64,000 nt of DNA from Bacillota bacterium (GCA_029224785.1 JAQXVF010000009.1:10314-74313); one strand, 5' to 3'. Counted from the first letter of the stretch, positions 44,146-52,672 are shown. Notes: generated from the letters alone by a model not told the origin. Made by a program: numbers and translations.

Positions 44146-45522
44146 TTGGGAAAACTGCGATTTTACACCGCCATGGCTGCCGGAAAGCTGTCCGGCGCCG
44201 TTCTTCGGCTGATGAAAAAGTCCACCTGCTATGTGCCGGGACACATTGCCGTATCCGTCTGGAATGACTTTCTTTCCGGCATTCAGCCTCCCAAAACCGT
44301 CATCGCCGTCACCGGCACCAACGGAAAAACCACTGTGGACAATCTCATCACCACAATTCTGCAGGAAAACGGGTATTCCGTCACCAGCAACCGCTTAGGC
44401 CCCAATATGCGCACCGGGATTGCCTCCGCCTTTTTGGAAAACTGCACCTTCTCCGGCCGATGCACCACCGATGTTGCGGTGCTGGAGGTGGATGAAGGCA
44501 GTACCCCTGTGGTTTTCCCGACCATGAAGCCGGACTATCTGATCTGCACCAACCTGATGCGGGATTCCATCAAGCATAACGGTCACCCATGGTACATTGC
44601 CTATCTGATCGGTCTGGCCACCCCGGAGACTACCAAAATGATCCTCAATGCCGACGATATGATCTGCTCCTCCGTCCGGAAAAAGGGGCAGGATGTTACC
44701 TATTTCGGTATTGATGCCGCCCGTCCCACCGACTATGTCTCCAGTACTGTCTGTGATGTGGTATATTGTCCGGAGTGCGGAGAAAAGCTGGAGGTAGAAT
44801 ACCTGCGCTATAACCACATCGGACGGATGCACTGCCCAAAATGCGGCGGCGGTTCTCCCGCGCCGGATTTCCTGGTAACGGACATCAACCCCACGGAAAA
44901 CTCCTTCACAGTCCTTCACGACGGCATCCGGGAGAACTACCGGCTCATCAATGATAACCTGGTGAATGTTTACAATTTCGTTGGGGTCATTGCGCTGCTG
45001 AGCAGGATGGGTCTGTCCTTCGAGCAGATTGCAAAAGGATTTGCCAAAACGGAGATTGTCAGCTCCCGATACAACGTGCTTCAGCTTCCGGATCGGAAGA
45101 TCGTCATGCAGATGGCAAAGGGTCAAAACGCCATGGCCTGCGGCAGAAGCTATGACTATGTCTCCCACCTTCCCGGTAAGCGAAAGGGTCTGATCCTGCT
45201 GGTAGACGACAAATTTGACAACGTCAAGGACACGGAAAGCACCTGCTGGCTGTACGACTGCGACTTTTCCTATCTGGCGGACGATTCCATCAGCCAGATT
45301 GTCTTTGCCGGTCCCCGATGCCGGGATCAGTATTTGCGGGCACTGATCGCCGGGGTGGACGAAAAGAAGCTGCGGATGGTGGATATTCCCAAAGACGGTG
45401 CAAAGCCCTTTGATATTTCCCTCAGCGACGATATCTATATCCTGTACGATGTATACTATGTGGAAGAATCCTACGCCGTTCGGCAAGAGCTGATGGATCG
45501 GATGAAAGGAGAGGAAAAATGA
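44146..45522 (+). CDS. murT: MurT-like Mur ligase family protein (lipid II isoglutaminyl synthase subunit homolog, with DUF1727-type C-terminus)
   Basis: ORF 44128..45522. Likely TTG start at 44146, 7 nt after GGAGG. VTGTNGKTTV P-loop. N-terminus aligns by eye with S. aureus MurT. Cys4 ribbon CPECGEKL...CPKCGG. C-terminal LLVDDKFDNVKDTESTCWLYDCDFS. Confidence 0.75.
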   Translation: MGKLRFYTAMAAGKLSGAVLRLMKKSTCYVPGHIAVSVWNDFLSGIQPPKTVIAVTGTNGKTTVDNLITTILQENGYSVTSNRLGPNMRTGIASAFLENCTFSGRCTTDVAVLEVDEGSTPVVFPTMKPDYLICTNLMRDSIKHNGHPWYIAYLIGLATPETTKMILNADDMICSSVRKKGQDVTYFGIDAARPTDYVSSTVCDVVYCPECGEKLEVEYLRYNHIGRMHCPKCGGGSPAPDFLVTDINPTENSFTVLHDGIRENYRLINDNLVNVYNFVGVIALLSRMGLSFEQIAKGFAKTEIVSSRYNVLQLPDRKIVMQMAKGQNAMACGRSYDYVSHLPGKRKGLILLVDDKFDNVKDTESTCWLYDCDFSYLADDSISQIVFAGPRCRDQYLRALIAGVDEKKLRMVDIPKDGAKPFDISLSDDIYILYDVYYVEESYAVRQELMDRMKGEEK

Positions 45523-46238
45523 CAGTCGAAATTCTCTTTTCCGAGGTATGCAGCCTGTATGGGGATGTTCAGAATCCGGTTTACCTTCAGAAATGCCTCC
45601 CCGATGCGAAATTCGTGTTCACCAGCCTGACAGATGAACCCTATTTTGTACACGACACACCGGACTTGATCTATCTGGGCGGAATGCCGGAGCAGATCCA
45701 GCGCCGGGTCATTGGGAAACTGATGCCCTACCGGGAACGCATCCGGCAGATCGTGGAAGCGGACGTACCCATTTTGGCAACCGGCAATGCCTGCGAGGTG
45801 TTTACACGGCACATCTCCTATCTGACTGAAGGCATCGAAACCGACGGATTGGGACTTGTGGATCTGACGGTAAAAACCGACCTGATGAACCGGTTCAACA
45901 GCAAGGTATGGGGGCAGACCGCCCAGGGGATCACCGTCCTGGGATATCGGTCCCAGTTCAGCTTTCTATATGGCGACAATTCTGAAAACTACTTCCTCCG
46001 GTGCCTTCGGGGAGAGGGTATCAACCCGGAGAGCAAGTTAGAGGGCTTCCGGATCCACAATCTCATCGGAACCCAGCTATTGGGGCCCATTCTGCCCAAC
46101 AACCCTCAGTTCTGCGAGTATTTTCTCAGTCTTGCCGGGGTGCAAACCGAAGCGGCTTTCAAAGAAGCAGCCATGACCGCCTTCCGGCAGCGGCTCAAAG
46201 AGTTCCAGGATCCTACCACCGCATATATTACCCATTAA
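45519..46238 (+). CDS. gatD: GatD-like CobB/CobQ-type glutamine amidotransferase domain protein; catalytic residues appear non-canonical
   Basis: ATGA overlap with the murT-like gene. LIYLGG..., VPILATGNACEVF and NLIGTQLLGPILPNNP align by eye with GatD motifs, but the expected Cys and His positions hold Gly and Leu (see findings). Confidence 0.65.
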   Translation: MTVEILFSEVCSLYGDVQNPVYLQKCLPDAKFVFTSLTDEPYFVHDTPDLIYLGGMPEQIQRRVIGKLMPYRERIRQIVEADVPILATGNACEVFTRHISYLTEGIETDGLGLVDLTVKTDLMNRFNSKVWGQTAQGITVLGYRSQFSFLYGDNSENYFLRCLRGEGINPESKLEGFRIHNLIGTQLLGPILPNNPQFCEYFLSLAGVQTEAAFKEAAMTAFRQRLKEFQDPTTAYITH

Positions 46239-46273
46239 AAAAGCTTGCCGAAAAAATTTCGGCAAGCTTTTTT
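46237..46273. terminator. bidirectional Rho-independent terminator
   Basis: Perfect palindrome aaaaaagcttgccgaaa / tttcggcaagctttttt between the convergent stops 46238 (+) and 46272 (-). Confidence 0.85.
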
Positions 46274-46772
46274 ACGGTTTCACATACAGCAGGGTATCCG
46301 ATCCGGCATCCGCAGATCCGTCCAGATACACCGCCACATCCCGGAAAACAGAAAATCCACAGTTTTTATGCAGTCCCTGGGATGCCTTGTTGCGCCGGCT
46401 GACGTGAGAATACAGCTTCTCCCCCGGAGCGAGGATTTCCTGTACCGCCTGCACAAGCATCTGGCCAAAGCCCCGCCGCCGCAGATTCGGAGCAGTCTCC
46501 AATGCGGAAAGGAGCCAGCCATCCAGGTAATGCTGCATCCGCAGAGCACTGCAGTAGCACCCGAACTCCTCCCAGACGGCATAGAAGGCGCCCTTTTCCC
46601 GGAAAAAATCCCGACGAAGATAGCTCAGGAAATCCTGCTCCACCAGTCCTATGGCATCCAAAGCCTCCAGACCGGGATGGAATACTTCCGCATTTTCCTG
46701 GTTGGACTGGGCGTATACTTTCATCAGTTCCGTTTCCCGGATCTCCGGGTACTTTCGAAGAAGAACCAGCAT
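46272..46772 (-). CDS. GNAT family N-acetyltransferase
   Basis: ORF 46272..46838. Probable start MLVLLRKYPEIRE at 46772 after GAGGTGG. The RRRGFGQMLVQ acetyl-CoA-binding motif (R/Q-x-x-G-x-G/A) is present. Confidence 0.75.
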   Translation of the reverse strand: MLVLLRKYPEIRETELMKVYAQSNQENAEVFHPGLEALDAIGLVEQDFLSYLRRDFFREKGAFYAVWEEFGCYCSALRMQHYLDGWLLSALETAPNLRRRGFGQMLVQAVQEILAPGEKLYSHVSRRNKASQGLHKNCGFSVFRDVAVYLDGSADAGSDTLLYVKP

Positions 46773-46878
46773 AAAAACCACCTCAAGCCATTGTACTGTC
46801 TTGCAAAGCATCTTGTGATGCAGGAAATTCACGATCATTCCCCGTTTTTCTGTATATCGTTACTGCATACAGGGCCAT

Positions 46879-46908
46879 TTATCCACAGTATCCACAGGAT
46901 TATCCACA
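46879..46908 (+). promoter_or_regulatory. cluster of three direct DnaA-box sequences
   Basis: TTATCCACA (46879-87), GTATCCACA (46888-96) and TTATCCACA (46900-08). Consensus is TTATNCACA. Located between the tsaD terminator and the GNAT gene start. Confidence 0.6.
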
Positions 46909-47005
46909 AGGGTATGAAGATTCCCCTTGGAAATACCGGCGCATTCCCGAAAAAATTCAAAAATTCTTAATAATTCGACATTTTCTCATATTCATTGCAT
47001 TCCTT

Positions 47006-47040
47006 GCAAAAACGAAGGATGCACATCCTTTTCCTTCGTT
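47006..47040 (-). terminator. Rho-independent terminator of the cysS-polA-rimI-tsaD operon
   Basis: Minus strand: acgaagga / tccttcgt (8 bp; an alternative inner stem aaggat / atcctt exists), followed by TTTTTG. Confidence 0.6.
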
Positions 47041-48057
47041 TTACAGCGTTTCCCCCAGGATGGACCGGGTGGCATAGGCATTCAGCGACATATCCGCCGT
47101 ATTTCCGGCAAGATACTCGTAGTAGCCCTGTGCCCCGATCATGGCGCCGTTGTCTCCGCAAAGTCTCAGAGGAGGCATATAGACCTGCGCCCCCATCTGC
47201 TGTGCAGCAGCCAGCAGATCCGCCCGGATCCTGGAATTGGCCGCAACTCCGCCAGCCACCGCGATCTTCCGATATCCCGTCTCCTGAAGGGCCAATACCG
47301 CCCTGGACACCAGCATATCCGAAACTGCCTGGGAAAATCCGGCACACAGGCTGGGAATGTCCACTTCTTCTCCCACTTGTTCATAGTGATGGATCAGGTT
47401 CAGGGCAGCCGTTTTCAGACCGGAAAAGCTCATATCAAAGGGATTGTTTCCCGGTTTGGATCGAGGCAGGGAGTATTTCATCGGGTCTCCGCTCTGAGAA
47501 GCCCTGTCCACTGCCGCGCCGCCGGGATACGGCATCCCCAGAACCCGGCCCACCTTGTCAAAGCACTCCCCTGCCGCATCGTCCAGGGTGGTTCCCAGGA
47601 TCCGCATTTGTGTGTAATCTTTCACTTCCACAAACATGGTGTGTCCGCCGGACACCACAAGGCACAGAAAGGGCGGCTCCAGCTCCGGATAGGCAAGATA
47701 ATTGGCGGCAATGTGGCCCCGGATGTGATGCACCGGGATCAGCGGCTTTCCCATAGCCATTGCGGCACCCTTGGCAAAGTTCACACCCACAAGAACCGCC
47801 CCGATCAGCCCGGGAGCGTAGGTCACGGCCACCGCATCGATCCCGTCCCGGGTAACCCCTGCCGTCTCCAAAGCCTGATCCGCCAGTCCTGAGATGGCTT
47901 CGATGTGTTTTCGGGAGGCAATCTCCGGCACCACACCGCCGTAGATGCGGTGAAGATCCACCTGTGAGGAAATGCAGTCCGTCAGGATCTTTCGTCCGTC
48001 CTCTACAATGGCAACTGCCGTTTCATCACAGGAGGATTCTATTGCCATGATTTTCAT
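47041..48057 (-). CDS. tsaD: tRNA N6-adenosine threonylcarbamoyltransferase
   Basis: Start MKIMAIESSCDETAVAIV at 48057 (ATGA overlap with rimI). Motifs HHIRGH and GGVAAN. Confidence 0.9.
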   Translation of the reverse strand: MKIMAIESSCDETAVAIVEDGRKILTDCISSQVDLHRIYGGVVPEIASRKHIEAISGLADQALETAGVTRDGIDAVAVTYAPGLIGAVLVGVNFAKGAAMAMGKPLIPVHHIRGHIAANYLAYPELEPPFLCLVVSGGHTMFVEVKDYTQMRILGTTLDDAAGECFDKVGRVLGMPYPGGAAVDRASQSGDPMKYSLPRSKPGNNPFDMSFSGLKTAALNLIHHYEQVGEEVDIPSLCAGFSQAVSDMLVSRAVLALQETGYRKIAVAGGVAANSRIRADLLAAAQQMGAQVYMPPLRLCGDNGAMIGAQGYYEYLAGNTADMSLNAYATRSILGETL

Positions 48058-48494
48058 AGCTCCCATTCCTTTCTGAGGATCAGTGCATCCTCCGTAGGTT
48101 TCCCATAATACCTGGGCCTTCGGCCGGTCTGGACAAAGCCAAGGCCGGCGTATAGCTTCTGAGCCGGATAGTTGGAGGCGCGAACCTCCAGCGTCAGACT
48201 GCGGATGCCTTTCTCCTTCAGCCGACATATCAGTTCCCTGACCAGGGCTCCGGCGATCCCCTGCCTGCGGGCAGCCTCCGCCACCGCAAGATTCATCATA
48301 TCCGCCTCATCCAATACGCTCTGAGAGCCGACATAGCCCAGCACCTGTTCCCCTTCCACGGCAACCAGCCAAAGGGCAAGGGGGTTTTCCAGTTCGGAGG
48401 CAACGGAATTCCGGCTCCATGGCTGAGAAAAGCACTGCTTTTCCAGCTCTGCCACCGCATCCACATGGGATGCATTCATAGCAATGATCTTCAT
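48054..48494 (-). CDS. rimI: ribosomal-protein-alanine N-acetyltransferase
   Basis: 146 aa. ...ELEKQCFSQPWS...LAVAEAARRQGIAGAL...LEVRASNYPAQKLYAGLGF... is the typical RimI pattern. Confidence 0.85.
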   Translation of the reverse strand: MKIIAMNASHVDAVAELEKQCFSQPWSRNSVASELENPLALWLVAVEGEQVLGYVGSQSVLDEADMMNLAVAEAARRQGIAGALVRELICRLKEKGIRSLTLEVRASNYPAQKLYAGLGFVQTGRRPRYYGKPTEDALILRKEWEL

Positions 48495-51025
48495 TACTTC
48501 GCCTCATACCAGCTTTTGCCGAATTTGGCTTCCGCCACCAGGGGCACAGACAGCTCGGCAACGCTTTCCATCTTCTGGCTTACCAGCTCCGCCACCTGCG
48601 GAGCAATTTCCTCCGGGCATTCCACGATCAGCTCGTCATGGACCTGCAGAAGCAATCTGGCATCCGGGAATTTCTCGTCCAGCGCCTGGCTGACGCGGAT
48701 CATGGCCAGCTTGATCAGATCCGCAGCAGAGCCTTGAATGGGCGTATTCAGCGCAATTCTCTCCGCACCCTGGCGGATGTTGAAATTGCTGCTTTTCAGT
48801 TCGGGGATATACCTGCGCCGCCGGAACAGCGTCTCCGTATAGCCCTTCTCTCTGGCCTGGTCCACCACGGTTTTCCGGTATTCCCGGATCCCCTGGTAGT
48901 TGGCAAGGTAACTGTCAATATACTCCCGGGCTTCCCAACGGGAAACGCCGATATCCTCGGACAGCGAAAACTCCGAAATTCCGTATACGATTCCAAAGTT
49001 GACAGCTTTTGCATGACGCCGTTGCAGAGGCGTAACCTCCTCCAGGGGGACGTGGAACACCTGGGATGCTGTCACAGCGTGAATATCCATTCCGGCACGG
49101 AAGGCATCCTGCATGGCCCGGTCGTCAGCGATATGGGCCAGCACACGAAGTTCAATCTGGCTGTAATCTGCATCCACCAACACATATCCGGGCTTGGGAA
49201 TGAACATCTTGCGGATCTCCGCGCCCAAATCGCTGCGAACCGGGATATTCTGGAGATTGGGATCGGTGGAGGACAGTCTGCCTGTGGCAGTCACCAGATT
49301 CTGAAAGGTGGTGTGAATTCTGCCGTCCTCCCCGATCTGTTTCATCAGACCGTCTGCGTAAGTGGATTTCAGCTTGGTCAGCATCCGGTAGTCCAGAATC
49401 GCCGGAATAATGGGATGCTTCTGCATCAGCTTCTCCAGCACGTCCGCATTGGTGGAATATCCGGTCTTGGTTTTCTTCACAGGAGGCAGCCCTAACTTCT
49501 CAAACAGCAGGACACCGAGCTGTTTGGTGGAGTTGATGTTGAAAGGCTCTCCGGCATAGCCGTAAATCAGGGATTCGCAGTCCCGGATCCGTTCCTCCAG
49601 CATCTGGCCGAACTGCGCAAGCTGGCTTCGGTCAATGGCAATGCCCGCATTTTCCATCCGGAACAGCACCTGACACAAAGGAAGCTCAATCTGTCGGTAC
49701 AGCTCCGTCATCTCCTGCCTTTCCAGTTCCTTTTCCAGGACAGGCCGCAGGAGCCACAGAGCCTCCGCACAGGCCGCGGCATCTCCGTCGTCCACGTCCA
49801 GGGACAGGAAATTGGCCGCAAGCTTGGACACGGGATAAGATGCCTGAGAGGGATTCAGATCGTACGCTGCCAGGGCGGTATCGAAATCAAATTCCCCTGC
49901 CGGGATCCCCTGACGGTCCAGGATGTGCAGAAGCTGCCGAAGGTCATGGCAGGTTATCTCTCTGCGTCCTGTCAGCAGGTCCGTCTGTCCCGCCAGCTCC
50001 ATGGGAGTCAGGGCAGTCACGCCATCCTTCCAGGCAAGACCAATGCTGCCGTCCGGAGCGGCATACACCGCGCAGCACTCCCCTGCGCCGGGAAGGGACT
50101 CCACCCGGGGCAGACGATCCGGGACCTCCGAAGCCGCCGGCTGGGGAACCTCCGCACCCCGAAGGCCATACCGGTCAATCAGGCGGATAAACTCCAGCCG
50201 GGTAAACAGACGGTACAGCTCCGGCTTGTTGTAGGGTCTCACCACAGCATCCCGGGGGGAAAAGTCAATCGGTGCCTCCGGGCGAATGGTAGCCAGATCA
50301 TAGGAAAGATATGCCATCTCCCTTCCGTTTTCCAGCTTTTCCCGGAGCTTCGGGCGGATGGAAGCATCCTGCAGGTTTTCATACACCCCATCCAGACTGC
50401 CGAATTTCCCAAGAAGCTCCGACGCCGTCTTGGGACCTACTCCGGCAACGCCGGGAATGTTATCCGAAGAATCGCCCATCAGGGCTTTCAGGTCCACCAG
50501 CTTATCCGGATCAAACCCATACTCCCGGCGGAACACCTCCGGAGTATACAGCGTGGAGCCGGTCTGCCCTGCTTTCGTGATCACCAGATTCACGCTGACG
50601 TGATCATCCAGAAGCTGCAGGCTGTCCCGGTCACCGGTGACGATGACGCAGTCCCAGCCACTCCTGCCGCAGATCTTTCCAACGGTTCCGATTACATCGT
50701 CCGCTTCCCATCCAGCGCACTCATAAATGGGGATATTCATGGCACGGAGAACATCCTTCATCACCGGCATCTGTTGGGCAAGCTCCTCCGGCATACCGTG
50801 GCGGTTTGCCTTGTAGCCCTCGTATTTCCGATGTCGGAAGGTAGGGCCATGCAGGTCAAATGCCACACACAGGGCATCCGGACTTTCCTCCCGATCCACT
50901 TTTTCCAGAATATTGAGAAATCCGAAAATGGCATTGGTATACAGGCCGTACCGGGTAGTCAGTGGCTTCACGCCGAAAAATGCCCGGTTGATGACACTGT
51001 TTCCGTCAAGGATCATCAGCTTCAT
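48494..51025 (-). CDS. polA: DNA polymerase I
   Basis: Start MKLMILDGNS at 51025 (ATGA overlap with the cysS stop). 5'-nuclease N-terminus. Pol motifs DYSQIELRVLAH, RRHAKAVNFGIVYG, QVHDELI. Confidence 0.9.
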   Translation of the reverse strand: MKLMILDGNSVINRAFFGVKPLTTRYGLYTNAIFGFLNILEKVDREESPDALCVAFDLHGPTFRHRKYEGYKANRHGMPEELAQQMPVMKDVLRAMNIPIYECAGWEADDVIGTVGKICGRSGWDCVIVTGDRDSLQLLDDHVSVNLVITKAGQTGSTLYTPEVFRREYGFDPDKLVDLKALMGDSSDNIPGVAGVGPKTASELLGKFGSLDGVYENLQDASIRPKLREKLENGREMAYLSYDLATIRPEAPIDFSPRDAVVRPYNKPELYRLFTRLEFIRLIDRYGLRGAEVPQPAASEVPDRLPRVESLPGAGECCAVYAAPDGSIGLAWKDGVTALTPMELAGQTDLLTGRREITCHDLRQLLHILDRQGIPAGEFDFDTALAAYDLNPSQASYPVSKLAANFLSLDVDDGDAAACAEALWLLRPVLEKELERQEMTELYRQIELPLCQVLFRMENAGIAIDRSQLAQFGQMLEERIRDCESLIYGYAGEPFNINSTKQLGVLLFEKLGLPPVKKTKTGYSTNADVLEKLMQKHPIIPAILDYRMLTKLKSTYADGLMKQIGEDGRIHTTFQNLVTATGRLSSTDPNLQNIPVRSDLGAEIRKMFIPKPGYVLVDADYSQIELRVLAHIADDRAMQDAFRAGMDIHAVTASQVFHVPLEEVTPLQRRHAKAVNFGIVYGISEFSLSEDIGVSRWEAREYIDSYLANYQGIREYRKTVVDQAREKGYTETLFRRRRYIPELKSSNFNIRQGAERIALNTPIQGSAADLIKLAMIRVSQALDEKFPDARLLLQVHDELIVECPEEIAPQVAELVSQKMESVAELSVPLVAEAKFGKSWYEAK

Positions 51026-52437
51026 ACTTTTCTCCATTTGGCGCCCTGAGGAGTATCCATGATCTCAATTCCCCGGGCCTTCAGTTCGTCCCGAATCCGG
51101 TCCGCCTCGGCATAATTCCTGGCCTTCTTCGCTTCTGTTCGTGCCAGAACCAAAGCGTCGATCTCCGGATCGACAGATGCCGAAGCCTCTTCCTGCTGCT
51201 TTCTGCGGATCTTATCCGCCGCTTCCAACAGGTTCAAAGAAAGAACCGTGTCAAACTCCCCAATGGCCTTCCGCTTTGTGGCATCGCTGCACTTGGCCTT
51301 CAGCACATCGTACACCGCCGTGATGGCAAGAGAAGTGTTCAGATCTCCATTCAGCGCAGAAGCAAATTTCTGCCGGAGCTGGGCAAGGGCCGCTTCCTCC
51401 ACTTCCCCATCCTCTTTCAGACCGGCGATTTTGGAAACCAGCTTCTCGTAAGCAATGGCCGCATTGTCCAGGTTTTCCCAGGAAAAGACCAGGTTCCTGC
51501 GGTAGTGGCTCTGGAGGCAGAAGAAACGGTAAGCCATGGGATCGTATCCCTTCTCCTCCAGCAGGCTGACGGTGAGAAATTCGCCCTTGGATTTGCTCAT
51601 TTTTCCGGTGTCCGTGTTGAGATGATGCACATGGAACCAGTAGTTGCACCACTTGTGTCCAAGATAGCTTTCCGACTGGGCAATCTCATTGGTATGGTGG
51701 GGGAAGGCATTGTCGATTCCGCCGCAGTGAATATCCAGATCCTCGCCAAGGTACTTCATGGAAATACCGGAGCATTCGATGTGCCAGCCGGGATACCCTA
51801 CGCCCCAGGGAGAATCCCACTTCAAAGCCTGGTCCTCGAACTTGGACTTGGTAAACCATAGAACAAAATCGTTCTTGTTCCGCTTGTTGGTGTCCTCCTC
51901 TACGCCTTCACGGACACCCACGGCCAGATCCTCCTCGTCGTGATCATTGAAAACATAGTATTTTTCCAGCTTGGAGGTGTCAAAATAGACGTTTCCCCCC
52001 GCCTCATAGGCAAAGCCTTTTTCCAGCAGTCCGGAGACGATCTTGATAAACTCGTCAATGCAGCCCGTAGCCGGCTGAACCACCTCGGGTTTCTGGATGT
52101 TCAGCTTTTCGCAGTCAGAGAAGAATGCGTCGGTATAAAACTGCGCAACCTCCATGACCGTCTTGTGCTCCCGCTTGGCACCCTTGAGCATCTTGTCCTC
52201 ACCGGTGTCCGCATCGGAAGACAGATGTCCCACGTCGGTGATGTTCATGACGCGTTTCACAGGATAGCCCTCATATCGCAGGGCCTTCTCCAGCACATCC
52301 TCCATGATATAGGTGCGGAGATTGCCGATATGGGCATAGTGATACACCGTCGGCCCGCAGGTATACATCTTTACGACATCCTGGGAATTGGGCTGAAACA
52401 GCTCTTTTTTGTGGGAAAGGGAATTGTACAAATACAT
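51022..52437 (-). CDS. cysS: cysteine--tRNA ligase
   Basis: Start MYLYNSLSHKKE at 52437, 7 nt after GGAGG. Motifs CGPTVYHYAHIGN (HIGH) and KMSKS. Confidence 0.9.
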   Translation of the reverse strand: MYLYNSLSHKKELFQPNSQDVVKMYTCGPTVYHYAHIGNLRTYIMEDVLEKALRYEGYPVKRVMNITDVGHLSSDADTGEDKMLKGAKREHKTVMEVAQFYTDAFFSDCEKLNIQKPEVVQPATGCIDEFIKIVSGLLEKGFAYEAGGNVYFDTSKLEKYYVFNDHDEEDLAVGVREGVEEDTNKRNKNDFVLWFTKSKFEDQALKWDSPWGVGYPGWHIECSGISMKYLGEDLDIHCGGIDNAFPHHTNEIAQSESYLGHKWCNYWFHVHHLNTDTGKMSKSKGEFLTVSLLEEKGYDPMAYRFFCLQSHYRRNLVFSWENLDNAAIAYEKLVSKIAGLKEDGEVEEAALAQLRQKFASALNGDLNTSLAITAVYDVLKAKCSDATKRKAIGEFDTVLSLNLLEAADKIRRKQQEEASASVDPEIDALVLARTEAKKARNYAEADRIRDELKARGIEIMDTPQGAKWRKV

Positions 52438-52637
52438 ACTGCTACCTCCAAGAAAAACAGAATCCGCCTCCTGCAAACAGCAAGAGGCGGGCAAAGCTCG
52501 CGGTTCCACTCTCATTTATCACTTTTTTATGATCGCTCCCGAACGCACTTTCGCGCACTTCCTTCACCGGCGCTTTCAGCCGCGGCGCCGACTCTCTGAG
52601 AATTGTCATGCGGTACTCTTTTCGATCCACGCGATTT
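52438..52637 (-). promoter_or_regulatory. T-box riboswitch leader (probable Cys specificity) with terminator/antiterminator
   Basis: Minus strand: AGAGAG box in stem I; UGC triplet in the context GAAG-UGC-G; T-box sequence AAAUGAGAGUGGAACCGCGAG (plus-strand cgcggttccact at 52499-52510); 10-bp terminator ccgcctcttg / caggaggcgg, then attctgttttt. The UGGA bulge fits the U73 discriminator of tRNA-Cys. Confidence 0.8.
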
Positions 52638-52643
52638 TGAAAT

Positions 52644-52672
52644 ATTTTACCATTTTGAAGGATTTCTGTCAA
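52644..52672 (-). promoter_or_regulatory. sigmaA-type promoter of the T-box/cysS operon
   Basis: Minus strand: TTGACA (52672-67), 17 nt spacer, TAAAAT (52649-44). Confidence 0.6.

Noticed and set aside
46879-47000. Possibility that the DnaA-box cluster plus AT-rich tract is the chromosomal origin (oriC)
   Set aside because: There are only three boxes, no dnaA/dnaN/rpmH/rnpA context and no visible DnaA-trio repeats. The AT-rich tract also contains the tsaD terminator and probably the GNAT promoter. I treat it as an extra-origin DnaA site instead.
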